64,000 bases of DNA from a virus. The stretch lies in the IMG/VR virus record IMGVR_UViG_3300042402_004372. One strand, written 5' to 3'. This document shows positions 39,874 through 51,000 of this stretch, one piece after another (within the stretch, counting starts at the first letter, position 1; each line of letters begins with the position of its first letter). The position numbers were made by a program, and so were the translations under genes. The notes under the pieces are model-generated. The model did not search any database and was not told the DNA's origin. It saw only the letters and a program-made list of their open reading frames with translations.

Positions 39874-41949
39874 ATGTTAAGAGTACACAATGGTCAGTTG
39901 GTAAAGTTTAGATTTGCCTTTTTGGTAAACGGTGAGTTCTACGACCCTTTAGATCAAGCTACTCCTGTAGATATATATGCAACAGTTTCAAGAGGTGATG
40001 GCAATATAATTCATTCTTCTACTTCATTGATTAATACAAGTTATCGAATTATATCAATAACACCACCAACTTCAATAGTGAGTGGTCACATTTCGGCAAC
40101 ATTTACATTTGATGTAGATCATAAGTTAGCCGCTGGAGATACCGTAATCATCTATGGTGTTGGCGGTGGATATAACGCAGAGTACATAATCACATCTGCA
40201 CCAACTACAAAATCAGTAATAGCAAGGACAGCTGCTACTACCTTACCAAGTTTATCAAGCTATAACGCCGCAAAAGTGTATGCAAGAGCAGCTCTCAAAA
40301 CAAATTCTTACTATGATAGACCATCAGGCTCTGAGTACGGCTTTTATTATAAAATTCCAGATACGCTTTTTGGCGGGACTTATACCGTCTCCATTCAATG
40401 TGCATACAACGATAGAACTCAGGTAATTGAACATCACTTTGAAGTATCTAGAAGTCAAATTGGTAGAGTCGGAAATATAGTATATAAAAAAATAGAAAAT
40501 GGAGTGATAACTTTATCAACTGATATTGATCACAACTTATCATCTGGTGATCAAATTTCAATATCAGAAATAAGTGCAGCCTTTAACGGAAATCATTTTA
40601 TCTCCTCAGTCCCAGCGAATAATAAATTTTCTATTAAAACAAATATTCCATTATCTAATGGAGAACAACTTACAACAGGAAAATATTCTGTCATCAATAC
40701 AACTGGAGTATCTAAAGATTTAACAGGACCAACAACTGGTGCAAGTATTTCGAAGAGACCAATTTTTGATTCACTAGAAGAATATTATAATACCAATTCA
40801 ATATTATTTATAGGTCATAGCGATGGAATCGAACTAAATCAAATTATAAAAATTAATTCAATTCAAGAAGCTACTAACCTATTGGGTGCAAATACTTCTT
40901 CTCCCCTTCTAAGAGGAATTCACGATGCGTTTAGTTGCGGAGCAAAGTCTATATTCATGATGGCTTCTGCGCCAATGTCAGAATATATTGATGATATTTC
41001 TCAAAGACTTATCGACATGCCAATACTTTTTTCAGCGGAAACAAATTCTAATGTAAACTTTTATGAAAAATATTATGAAAGACTAGCAGTAAGTTACGAT
41101 ATAGCAAAAGGGCTTGACTTCATTGACATAATAGTGCCACTCGAAACTTCGATGATAAATACTGGGTCTGTTGACTTTATAGCTCAACTAGCTGTTCATT
41201 GTTATTCTTTCAATAATGCTACTGGATATGTGCAAATGGGAATCATTGGTTCTAAAAATAATGGAACAAAAGACAGTGATGTTCAACTTCTAGAACAAAA
41301 TACTAGACTTGTAAATAAATTTACCACTTACTCAATAAGTGGAGAAATAGAAAGTGATATAGGTAGATATATTATTCCCGTATACGGAGAATTAACTTTC
41401 AATCATATAGGTTTTGGAAGATCATATACGAGTTCAGCTGCAGCAGCATTTGCTGGAATGATGTCGTCAACTCCAGTCTATAATGGGATAATTAGAAAAA
41501 GAATACCAGGAGCATATTCTGTTTATGGTTCTAATTTATCTGGAGATTCATTAGCTAGGTTAGATAACCTCGGTGTCAATGTTGTGTACAGAACGCGCAA
41601 AGCACTAAGGGGTAATCCGTATGAAGTAAACATATCTAATGATTATACATTAGCTAATAAAAATAGCTCTTTTACAAAAGCTCCGCAAATGAGATTAGTA
41701 GCTATGGTTATAACTGAAATAAAAGCTATAGCAAATGATGGCATAGGAAAGAACGCAGAAGATAAAGTAATTTCACAAGTTAAAGCAATGCTTGATACGC
41801 TAGTATCTACTAGAACTATTAAGGATTATAAACTTCAATCATATGGATCTAAAACAGAAAGAGGAACTTTAATTTTTGAAATAAATTTAGTTTCTTCTCT
41901 TGGTTTAAAAAGTATTAATTTTTCCATAATTACAGGACCAGGAGCGTAG
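39874..41949 (+). CDS. Tail sheath-like protein 1
   Basis: C-terminal half: LRGIHDAFSCGAKSIFMMASAP … YYERLAVSYDIAKGLDFIDIIVPLE … GYVQMGIIG … PQMRLVAMVITEIKAIANDGIGKNAEDKVISQVKAMLDTLVSTRTIKDY. Confidence 0.6.
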   Translation: MLRVHNGQLVKFRFAFLVNGEFYDPLDQATPVDIYATVSRGDGNIIHSSTSLINTSYRIISITPPTSIVSGHISATFTFDVDHKLAAGDTVIIYGVGGGYNAEYIITSAPTTKSVIARTAATTLPSLSSYNAAKVYARAALKTNSYYDRPSGSEYGFYYKIPDTLFGGTYTVSIQCAYNDRTQVIEHHFEVSRSQIGRVGNIVYKKIENGVITLSTDIDHNLSSGDQISISEISAAFNGNHFISSVPANNKFSIKTNIPLSNGEQLTTGKYSVINTTGVSKDLTGPTTGASISKRPIFDSLEEYYNTNSILFIGHSDGIELNQIIKINSIQEATNLLGANTSSPLLRGIHDAFSCGAKSIFMMASAPMSEYIDDISQRLIDMPILFSAETNSNVNFYEKYYERLAVSYDIAKGLDFIDIIVPLETSMINTGSVDFIAQLAVHCYSFNNATGYVQMGIIGSKNNGTKDSDVQLLEQNTRLVNKFTTYSISGEIESDIGRYIIPVYGELTFNHIGFGRSYTSSAAAAFAGMMSSTPVYNGIIRKRIPGAYSVYGSNLSGDSLARLDNLGVNVVYRTRKALRGNPYEVNISNDYTLANKNSSFTKAPQMRLVAMVITEIKAIANDGIGKNAEDKVISQVKAMLDTLVSTRTIKDYKLQSYGSKTERGTLIFEINLVSSLGLKSINFSIITGPGA

Positions 41950-41950
41950 T

Positions 41951-42763
41951 ATGCAGTCTTCATTCCCATTCCCAGGTAGCTTTAATGCTGACCAAGCACC
42001 AGGCAATAAGTGGGAGCAATATACGGAAAGTAGAGATAGGCTTCGAGAGCAAGATCCTAAGTATTATAATGATACTGATTCAAGGAGATCAAAAGCCGAA
42101 GGAAATTTAACCTATCTTGGATTTATCGAAGTTGTCAAAATGCTTTGGGAAAACTCATATCCAGACATTCCAATTGTTGCAACATTTGGAGGTAAGTTTG
42201 CATCTTACCCTTGTGTAGCCTATGGCCTTGAATTAAAGAGAGCTCATAATCAAGAACCCAAAATGCGATACAGAGATAAGGCTTTAGGTGAAGATGGTAA
42301 ATATTACATTATAGAAGGTCAGCGTTTTCAGAACGTTGTCTCTTTTACCGTTATGGTTGAAGCCAATGCTGGCCAGTTGTCAGGCGATCAACAACGATAT
42401 GCTGGGGCAGAAGTAGCTGATAGAGTTATGGAAATATTTGAAGATTTTATGTTGGAATACACTCCAGTTTTTAAGAGACTAGGGGCATCGGAACTCGTAT
42501 ATGCCAGAAGGGTTTCGGATACCGAAACAAACATGGACCAAACTGATGTAGTTAAAAGAACAGTTACATATTTGTTAACAACTGAAAAAATACATGTATC
42601 AGCAGTTGATAAGATTGAGTCAATTGTGGCCGATATACGCCAATGGGTTTCCTATGAAAAGGATCTAATAGAGCAGGCAGCTGCGACTCCTTCTTCGTAT
42701 TACAATCCAGATATGAACATAGGTATTGTAGACTTATTCCAAAGTGCTACCCCGAACTCATAA
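41951..42763 (+). CDS. Hypothetical tail/neck protein
   Basis: Intact ORF between the two sheath-like genes. Confidence 0.45.
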   Translation: MQSSFPFPGSFNADQAPGNKWEQYTESRDRLREQDPKYYNDTDSRRSKAEGNLTYLGFIEVVKMLWENSYPDIPIVATFGGKFASYPCVAYGLELKRAHNQEPKMRYRDKALGEDGKYYIIEGQRFQNVVSFTVMVEANAGQLSGDQQRYAGAEVADRVMEIFEDFMLEYTPVFKRLGASELVYARRVSDTETNMDQTDVVKRTVTYLLTTEKIHVSAVDKIESIVADIRQWVSYEKDLIEQAAATPSSYYNPDMNIGIVDLFQSATPNS

Positions 42764-42865
42764 TATTTAGTAGAATACGTAAATCTAGTTAGTTTTTACA
42801 GGTACCCCATTACTATATCTTTCGAGTTAATCCAAAAAATCCCTGACTCGGAGGTTAAGAATAAC

Positions 42866-44131
42866 ATGGCTCTACCAGGTGTAAAAACAATAATTAAAGA
42901 CCGCTTCTACAGCATCTCCCGTCAAGATAGTCCAGTCGGACCTAGAGTTGTGGTAATAGCAAAAAGATCAACAGCAGATGGAACGGGCAACGTTGCAGAC
43001 CTTGACGTAGTTCAGTGTACAAATGAACAAGATGTCATCACTGCTTTTGGCGTTGATTCAGCTTGTCACAGAGCTTTTTTTGAGCTTGTTTCTGCAGGCG
43101 CAGAAAGAATCTATATGGTCCCACTGCCAAATGATACTACATGGAACCACACTACAGCTGCGGTAACAAGTAGCAATTTTGGTGGTAGCGTTCTCGATGC
43201 AATGTTTATTGCAGCAGAAGCTGCTCAGCCAGATATCATACTTCCTTGGGGAAGTGGTGCAAGAGCAGGACTCTGGGCAGCAACTCCTTCTGAAGCATTT
43301 TCTGCATCTGCCGATACAATTTACGGATTTCATGCAGACAACTCAGTAACAATTGGAAATAACTGGGCAGTAAAAATTGCTGATAAAGTTAAAGAAATCA
43401 ATGAGAACAGTCATCCATGTTTCGCTGTTATGGGAACAAAGCCATATGTCGGCGCTAACGACGTAATGACTCCTGGACAAGTAACAACACACCTCGGCTT
43501 AACAACTCTTTCAGACAGAGATTCAGCAACAACATATAATGGAGTTGCTGCTAAGGAACTTGGAAGACACGTTGCAGTAATTGGTGTAGAGTTAAAGCCT
43601 GCAGGTTATCCAGCGGCATGGGGTTATTCAAATGGTGCATCAGTATTAACTGCTGCAGTTAGCAGAATGGCTTCATACACTTCGACTATAAACAAGACAG
43701 TTTACAACGTTGCAGCGCTAAGATATAATCCTAGCAAAACAACCTTGTTGGCAATGACCAATAAGGGTGTAAACTCAATCATGTTAAACTTCAATAGAGC
43801 TCCAGTCTTCACAGATGGTGTAACATTTGCTGGTTCTAGTTCAGACTACACAAGACTGACAACACTGAGAATTGTTAACGAAGCAATGTTAGTTGTCCGT
43901 CAGAGCTGTCAGAAGTTCATTGGTCAACCTTCAACTATTCAAGTTAGAAACTCAATGGAAACCTCGATTACTTCATCCCTTAGAGGAATGCAGCAGTTGG
44001 GTGCCATCTTAGATAGCGATTTCAACATTAGATACATCGCTGAAGAAAACAAAGCACTTATTGACCTAGTTATAACACCTGCATTTGAACTTAGAAACAT
44101 CGAAGTCCAAATGTCAGTTGAACTTGGTTAA
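42866..44131 (+). CDS. Tail sheath-like protein 2
   Basis: MALPGVKTIIKDRFYSISRQDSPVGPRVVVIAKRSTADGTGNVADLD…RAFFELVSAGAERIYMVPLP…LRIVNEAMLVVRQSCQKFIGQPSTIQVRNSMETSITSSLRGMQQLGAI. Confidence 0.7.
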   Translation: MALPGVKTIIKDRFYSISRQDSPVGPRVVVIAKRSTADGTGNVADLDVVQCTNEQDVITAFGVDSACHRAFFELVSAGAERIYMVPLPNDTTWNHTTAAVTSSNFGGSVLDAMFIAAEAAQPDIILPWGSGARAGLWAATPSEAFSASADTIYGFHADNSVTIGNNWAVKIADKVKEINENSHPCFAVMGTKPYVGANDVMTPGQVTTHLGLTTLSDRDSATTYNGVAAKELGRHVAVIGVELKPAGYPAAWGYSNGASVLTAAVSRMASYTSTINKTVYNVAALRYNPSKTTLLAMTNKGVNSIMLNFNRAPVFTDGVTFAGSSSDYTRLTTLRIVNEAMLVVRQSCQKFIGQPSTIQVRNSMETSITSSLRGMQQLGAILDSDFNIRYIAEENKALIDLVITPAFELRNIEVQMSVELG

Positions 44132-44178
44132 TATCATATAAAAACACTGCAAATTTATATACCGATTAGGAGGGTAAT

Positions 44179-44868
44179 ATGGCAGGCGAATACTACGACA
44201 GTCCAGTAAACAAGTATCTCAATACTTATACAACATTTTCTGGTGCTGATATTGTTGCCACTTTTGGTGGCGTTGAAATCGGAGCTCTTTCGGGAATCAC
44301 TTTTTCGGTGACAAGAGAAAAGGCGCCAATTTATACAATGGGTTCACCAAACCCACGTTCATTTTCAAGAGGTAAAAGAGGTATTGCTGGTTCGTTAATA
44401 TTCACAGTATTTGACCGCCCAGCTCTGTACCAGATGCTTGAGACACATCATAACTCTTCTTCGGAAATGAAGTTTTTCACAAGAGCTCATAATACACTTC
44501 CTGGCGATCCAAGCCACAAGAGAGGTATTGCTGAAGTAACAAATCAAACAAGAGACGTAGTTAGCAAGACACCATACTATGCAGACCAAATCCCACCATT
44601 CGATATTACAATCACATTTGTTAACGAATATGGCCAAGCTGCTGTTAGATCAATCTATGGTGTTGAACTGTTGAATGAAGGTTCAGGAGCTTCGATGGAT
44701 GACATTGTTATCGAAGAGACAATGACATACGTTGCTCGTGAAATTGGTCCAATGTATAAGATTACAACGGATAATCTTAACAGATTCAACTCAGATGACC
44801 TAGGTTCATTAATCAGCAAAGATGCAGTGACATCTAGCGGATTAAACAGCGAGATAATTAGACCATAA
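44179..44868 (+). CDS. Tail tube-like protein
   Basis: ADIVATFGGVEIGALSGITFSVTREKAPIYTMGSPNPRSFSRGKRGIAGSLIFTVFDR. Confidence 0.65.
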   Translation: MAGEYYDSPVNKYLNTYTTFSGADIVATFGGVEIGALSGITFSVTREKAPIYTMGSPNPRSFSRGKRGIAGSLIFTVFDRPALYQMLETHHNSSSEMKFFTRAHNTLPGDPSHKRGIAEVTNQTRDVVSKTPYYADQIPPFDITITFVNEYGQAAVRSIYGVELLNEGSGASMDDIVIEETMTYVAREIGPMYKITTDNLNRFNSDDLGSLISKDAVTSSGLNSEIIRP

Positions 44869-44899
44869 TTATAATCAAATAAGTATAGTAGTAATTAGA

Positions 44900-44943
44900 T
44901 AGTGGAGGACTTGGTGTAGGACCAATCCTCCACTATTTTATTT
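44900..44943 (+). terminator. Rho-independent terminator
   Basis: Inverted repeat TAGTGGAGGA…TTGGT-gtagg-ACCAA-TCCTCCACTA followed by a T-rich tract. Confidence 0.85.
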
Positions 44944-44955
44944 TTAAGGAATAAC

Positions 44956-45729
44956 ATGGCATTTAACAAAGAAAATGTATCAGATATAGCGAATCTCACA
45001 ACTATATCATCAAGAAAAAATAGACTCTCCATCTATGAAGAGGGTGTAAAAGAATTTAGAAGAGATAATAATCTTCCAGATCCATTTTCTGATATGTCAT
45101 TTTCTGGTGCAGATATAACAGCTACAATCATTATTCCTAAAATTGGAGAAAATGGATTCATTTCCAATGAAGGCGATGTGCTAGAAATGGCAGAGCTTCA
45201 AACAATATCCTATTCAATGCACAGGGAAAACTCTCCAGTAAGAACACTTGGCCATGTTAACCCAAGAGGATTTGTCAAAGGTGCTAGAACTATAGCTGGA
45301 AGCATGATATTCACTCAGTTTAACGAGTACGCATTTTATAGAATAGAAAGTTATAGAAAAATTCTTTCCGATAGCAAGGGCTACTTTGCACCATTGGCAG
45401 ACATGTTGCCACCATTTGATATTGTATTTACCTTCTTTAACGAATACGGCTTGGCAGCAAAAATGAAAATATTTGGTGTTACCCTTGTGGATGAGGGTGG
45501 TACTATGTCAATAGACGACTTAATTACTGAGCAAACTTATACGTATATGGCTAGAGGGCTACAGCCTCTGGTACAATTAGATACGGCTCGTGATGACCTT
45601 AGATACCCAGATGGATATCAAGCTCAACAAAACGAGAGATTAAGAATATCAACAAATGCTTTTGGAGATAGAGTCGAAGATTATAAGAATTTTATTGAAA
45701 GAATATATTCACCGCCTACAATCGTTTAA
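44956..45729 (+). CDS. Tail tube-like paralogue
   Basis: FSGADITATIIIPKIG…REKSPVRTLGHVNPRGFVKGARTIAGSMIFTQFNEYAF parallels 44179..44868 (product reads HRENSPVRTLGHVNPRGF). Confidence 0.6.
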   Translation: MAFNKENVSDIANLTTISSRKNRLSIYEEGVKEFRRDNNLPDPFSDMSFSGADITATIIIPKIGENGFISNEGDVLEMAELQTISYSMHRENSPVRTLGHVNPRGFVKGARTIAGSMIFTQFNEYAFYRIESYRKILSDSKGYFAPLADMLPPFDIVFTFFNEYGLAAKMKIFGVTLVDEGGTMSIDDLITEQTYTYMARGLQPLVQLDTARDDLRYPDGYQAQQNERLRISTNAFGDRVEDYKNFIERIYSPPTIV

Positions 45730-45738
45730 GGTTTAAGT

Positions 45739-46776
45739 ATGACAAGTCCATATAGAGCTATTCCATATAGACCATTTAGTGGCTATATTCCATACGAGGA
45801 TACCGTCTCAACTAACCCTGGTTTAGGAAATAAGAACGGAACATTTGATCCCCTTAGTGCAGAATTAGATCTTTATTGGGCTGGTGGCAAAACTACTGGG
45901 GATCCTCGTTTTAGTAATTATTATGACTACTTTTTCTCCGGTGAAGATGTAAAAGTATATATCGATGGTTTGTTTGATCCAAAAGATGAACTAGATATAG
46001 CTGGATTTGGTTTTTTAATTAAACAAGAAAAGCAAGCAGTCTATGGATTCTGGTCATACAACTTTGATGCCATGATGAATGGATCCAGAATAATAACTGG
46101 TCAGTTTTCTTTATACTCAAGATACCCTAGAAGGATGACACACCTTCTAGAAGAGGCAGCAAGAGTTAGAAGCTTCTCTGCATCGGGTAAATCTGATAAC
46201 TCTGGAGTTGTATCTGTTTTAAGATCACAAAATGAATCAAGAACAGATGAAGAAAACATACAGAAATATTGGGCCAATAGTCAGTTAGATAGAATAACTA
46301 CTGATCCAGCAATAAGCACATCTTCAGCAGATGGCCAACATAACATCTTTAGCGCTCATCCTCCATTTAACTTCGTTATAGTCTACGGGGTAGAGGAATC
46401 CAGTTTGAGCCCCGTAGGAGTCACGGAGAACGCTTCTACGGCCTCTGTAGAGCAGAGAGACAACTTGGACAGGATAATATCTACTGATATCAATGAGCGA
46501 AAAGTTAAGATGGCCGATAACAAGACCCCAATGAAGATTGTTTTACAAAATGTACATCTCATGCAAATGAGCACAGAATACCAAAGCGGAGGATCTCCTT
46601 TAATAGAGACTTATAGCTTTGTGGCTAGGGACTTTTATCTTACAGAAGCAGAATCTGGCTTTAATCCATATACTGGTAAGACGTTTGTTACAACAGAGCC
46701 ACAGGCTTCTAATGCTACAAAATCCGTGGTTGAGAGTCCATTGGTAAACAGGACTGAAAGTACTTTGCAAAGATAA
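45739..46776 (+). CDS. Tail-associated protein
   Basis: Intact ORF between tube-like and chaperone-like genes; YKNDFDAMMNGSRIITGQFSLYSRYPRRM-like segment (sequence reads YNFDAMMNGSRIITGQFSLYSRYPRRM). Confidence 0.5.
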   Translation: MTSPYRAIPYRPFSGYIPYEDTVSTNPGLGNKNGTFDPLSAELDLYWAGGKTTGDPRFSNYYDYFFSGEDVKVYIDGLFDPKDELDIAGFGFLIKQEKQAVYGFWSYNFDAMMNGSRIITGQFSLYSRYPRRMTHLLEEAARVRSFSASGKSDNSGVVSVLRSQNESRTDEENIQKYWANSQLDRITTDPAISTSSADGQHNIFSAHPPFNFVIVYGVEESSLSPVGVTENASTASVEQRDNLDRIISTDINERKVKMADNKTPMKIVLQNVHLMQMSTEYQSGGSPLIETYSFVARDFYLTEAESGFNPYTGKTFVTTEPQASNATKSVVESPLVNRTESTLQR

Positions 46777-46835
46777 TAATTTTAATATATACATGATATG
46801 ATATAATGTAACTTGAAACAATATAAGGAGAAATA

Positions 46836-47375
46836 ATGTCTGAGAAGAGAAAAGTTGTAGTTAGACAAGATAAAGAAATGGCAGAAGAAATTTCTGCTGA
46901 TTCAGTTGATATTTTTTTAGAAACCGATGAACCACAAGATGGTGACATCATTGTATCTGATTATTCAGATGAACAAATCCCTGTTGAGCAGGCCACAACA
47001 GTTGAGGAATTAGCAGATGATCAAGTTATTTTTGATAACGGTCCTACAGCTGGACAAATCAAAGCATGGAAGAAACAGTACGGCGAAGTATATGTAACTT
47101 CTATTTCATTCGATAAGCATATCATATGGCGTGTTCTTTCCAGAATTGAATATAAGCAGCTTGTTAAGAAGATGGAAACCCTAATGCAAGCTGGTCAGCT
47201 ATCTAATGCAGAGGCAAATATGTGGAACGAAGAAGCAATTTCAGAACTTTGCATTTTGTTCCCATCTTATGACAAGCAAGCTCTCACCGGTGACATGGCA
47301 GGTCTTCCTTCTCTTATCTCACAAGAAGTCTTAGAAGCTTCTGGATTCGTCGCCTTAGAGGTTAGACAACTCTAA
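46836..47375 (+). CDS. Tail assembly chaperone-like protein
   Basis: Acidic N-terminus and KQYKQLVKK-like segment (IEYKQLVKKMETLMQ), located before the tape-measure region. Confidence 0.45.
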   Translation: MSEKRKVVVRQDKEMAEEISADSVDIFLETDEPQDGDIIVSDYSDEQIPVEQATTVEELADDQVIFDNGPTAGQIKAWKKQYGEVYVTSISFDKHIIWRVLSRIEYKQLVKKMETLMQAGQLSNAEANMWNEEAISELCILFPSYDKQALTGDMAGLPSLISQEVLEASGFVALEVRQL

Positions 47376-47376
47376 G

Positions 47377-48010
47377 ATGTTAGATGCAGGAATTCTTTTT
47401 GAGCTAAAGAAAAAACACGGTTCAATATTTCAAACAGAAATAAAACGGATCTGAGATAGTATTTAAAGAGCTAAGTTTTTCTGAGTTTGATAAAGTTGCA
47501 GCGTACAAGAGTACAGCTGGTATGTCGTCTGCTGACGCAGAAGATGAAATTATTAAAGCCTCTGTAGTTTATCCTGAAGACTTTGATTTAAATAAATTTC
47601 CGCCTGGAGCCATAAGTTCTTTAGCTGAGCAGATAGTCGAATTTTCTGGCTTCGCATCAGCACGCACGGCTAAACGAATTTTAGAAGAAAAAAGAGTAGT
47701 AGCTAATCACGTTAGAGGCTTAATGAAAGCCTTTGTTCTGGCTACTATACATACAGATACTCCAGAATTTCTAGATTCGCTAACCTATTCAAAGCTAGCG
47801 GAAAGAGTTGCATTAGCAGAAAAGATAATTGAAGTCCAGCAAGCAATTGCTGGAATAGAATCTACTAACGTATCTCTATCCCTGATAGATCCTCAGGAAG
47901 AAAGAGAAAAAGAGAATCTATCAGCAGCTAGGCACAATGCATCTAAGGTTGAAGGATCTGCAACATATAGTGACCCCATTGCTCAAAAACTATGGGGTAT
48001 GAGCAGGTAA
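47377..48010 (+). CDS. Tail chaperone-like partner protein, +1 frame change at CGG 47446
   Basis: MLDAGILFELKKKHGSIFQTEIK-[CGGA]-SEIVFKELSFSEFDKVAAYKSTAGMSSADAEDEI…; stop TGA directly follows the CGG ATC in frame 0. Confidence 0.75.
47446..47449 (+). promoter_or_regulatory. CGG recoding site 12 (CGGA)
   Basis: AAA CGG ATC TGA; +1 GGA TCT GAG ATA. Confidence 0.87.
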
Positions 48011-48033
48011 GATAGGATAAGAGGGGGTGACCA

Positions 48034-51000
48034 ATGCAGAGAGATAGAGGGCCGATCCATAATATTGGATTTGGCGTAACTTCTAGGGAATTCACCACCG
48101 GAGACGATACTCAAAATGGTCCATCTCCAGATTCTGGTTACGTTAGTAGAGCCCTAGAAGGTAGACCACTAGTAAAGATGGCTTCAGCCATGATTGCAAC
48201 TGGTGTTGCAGCCACAGTTGCTGGAAAATTTGTAAGAGGTGGTGGCCTAAAAATACGGAAAAGCTTTTACCGAAAGAGCAGCAGGATCTGCTGAAGGCAG
48301 CTTTATATCTAGGGCCAATTACGGTTTATTAAAAGCAAGAAGTATACTCGATGAACTTGAAGGAGTAACTCGTTTAGAAGAAGGAAAAACAAAATTAGTT
48401 TTTGATTCCGCTGGAAAACTTCAAACAGGTTACGAAGGACACAAGAGCGTTGTTAATGCTGGGTACGCATTTGGAGCAGAGCGCAAAGGCGCCTCATCAA
48501 CCGCTACATGGCACTATAGAGATGAGCTTCAGCAGAGACTAGTTCGTCAAGCTAGAAGACTGCCGTACGAAGTACCTGCTTTCTATGCAGCAGATAAATA
48601 TATAACTAAGCCATTATTTGGTAACGGTGAAGAAGATCTCGGACCAAAAAAGAAATGGTACGATCCATCTAGAGGTGTAGATATAGCTAAGGATTTAGCT
48701 AAAACAACTCTATTCCAAATGGGCGGATTCATGCTGCCAACAGCTGCGGCTGGTGCAGCAAAAGAAAGCTCATTAAATTTTTATAGAACAGCACAAGAAA
48801 GACTGATGGCAACAAACGCCACTGGTTATTCTACGATAAAAAATACAACAAAACATGCTATATATGAAAAGTCTTTAAACCTAAAAGGAATACTTGAAGG
48901 TGTTGGTCACGATTTATTTAGCGTATTAGATAAGTCAATTAAGTTTTCGGAAAGATCATCTGGAGCTTTGTCAAGCGCATTTATCGCAATGACAGACATC
49001 CATAAGAACCCAGTTGCAGCTCTTTATTCACAGAGGCATGGTTCTACTCCAGCACCTGGTGGAGCAAAACCTCCTAGAAGACAGGTAGTGCAAGATTTAG
49101 CTAAAGATATATATAGAGGCAATAAAACAAAACTAAATCAAGTAGACGTAAATAAACCACTACAAGGAACGCAAATAGATTCAATGCTGGATCTGATTCC
49201 TGGTTATAAGGCAGTTAGACAAGGTGCAAAGTCAGCACATGAGCAATATCAAAAACTCTCCTTTGCTCAATCGTTTTTGGATAAACCTGGAACAAATTGG
49301 ACTGAAATACAAAAGGGTTTTGGAAAAATTCTTGGAGTTGATAGAGCAACTCCATCTGGTGCTCGAGCAATAGACTCTTCACTCGGTGAATCAATATTAA
49401 ATATTCAAAGAAAAAGATCATCAGATGTATTTAGTCTTTTAAATGAATTCAACACTAAAACAGGTGGAGAGGGACCAACAAGCACTTTCATAAAAATGTT
49501 GAGACAAGGTGCTTATAAAGATAGATTGGAGAAGCAGTTAATAGAAGGTGGGCTAGATGAATCTGTCGCCAAAAATTTTACTGCAAACCTTACTGTCAGT
49601 GATGACATCTATAGACTAGTTTCATCTAAGAAGACTGGTGGAAGTGTTAAAGAATCCATAAGCCCAACCGAACGATTGAGAATGGGTAAAGAAGAAATCG
49701 TTGGAGAAGATTTTTTTGGTCAATTAATTAATAGATTTAATTCTGGAAAATATGGAAAAAATAATCCAATACCAGATGTGTTTGACGCAGATAAACTAAG
49801 AAAAGCTGTAAAAGCAACAGATGACATTTTATTTGACGAAGCTTCATTTAGTCGCAAAGGTTTAAACGTTGGTATAAACACGGCAGCCGCACACGAGTCA
49901 GCTAGAACAGTTTTTGAAAAAGAAGTATTTTCTTCTGTATTAAAGCCGCAAAAATTAAACAGAGTAAATTATTTAGATGCAGCTGGAGATTCAGTTCAAG
50001 CAAGTCAGCTTAGAGCTGAGATGGCTAGAAGAGCTGGAAAAGTATTTGGCTTAGACGAGTCAATCTTAGGTGATGCAAATAAGCTGCAACAAGCATTAGG
50101 TGCTCGTGGAATAGATATAAGAAATGCCTCTCAACTTAGAGGCTACTTAATGAATAATAAAGAAATGGTCGCTGGTGAAACATCTGGATTAGCTGGACTT
50201 TTTGGATTAAAAGGTCTTACTGTAGACGATTTTCTAGATAGAGAAAAACTAGCTTACCAAACAATTACAGGCCAAATAACAGACCCATCACTTCAAAATT
50301 CTTTAACTAAAAATATACTAAGCGGAGATAATAGTGTTGAGCTAGGTATATTAAATAGAATTAAAACATCTTCTACTCAAACTACGTTAAGCAATGTTAA
50401 AGGATATTACACGTCGGGCGATCAGGTAGTAAACTTTAATCCAATTAGATCTGGAATTAGAAAAGTAACAGAAGCTTTAGCTACTGAAATTAAAGTTCCA
50501 GTTATTGGAATTAACCCAATGCAAATGCTGGGTTATAAAGATTTTGCTGGAATGGCAAAAGCTGGAAAATATCAAGTAACTTCAGGAGCAGCAAGTCAAC
50601 CATTTGTTAAAGGTTCTAAGGCAGACTTCTATACATGGCATAGCACTGGTGGTTTTCTAGGGACAAAAGGAAGACTATATGGGCATACAGGCACTACTGC
50701 TACAGCTTTAGAGGGAACATATAGGCCAATCCCAACAGCGGTTTCATCAATGTTTACCAGCACCGCAGAACTAGCTGCAGGGCAAAGGACTCAGCAGAGT
50801 CGCACTGCAACAGGTGTGATGGGAAAAATCAGAGAGCGTTTAGATTACGCAGATGAACAACCAAACTCTTTATTTAGATTTTTTGGAAGACTAGTAAATA
50901 GACAAGCAGACGTAGAAAACGATGCTGTAATGGCCAAATTAATGTCTGGAGAAGTAGATGAGACATTTTCAATTGGCGGATTTGGAAAAAGGAAGAATTT

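Noticed and set aside
43058-43333. Minus-strand and nested ORFs overlapping larger genes (e.g. 43058..43333, 44395..44637, 19734..20126, 22411..22719, 25742..26053)
   Set aside because: They are antisense mirrors of long, confident plus-strand genes with low-complexity or repeat-derived translations and no RBS context.
46836-48010. Classic -1 programmed frameshift for tail assembly chaperones
   Set aside because: The second gene has its own ATG at 47377 just after the first gene's stop, and its only break is the CGGA site at 47446.
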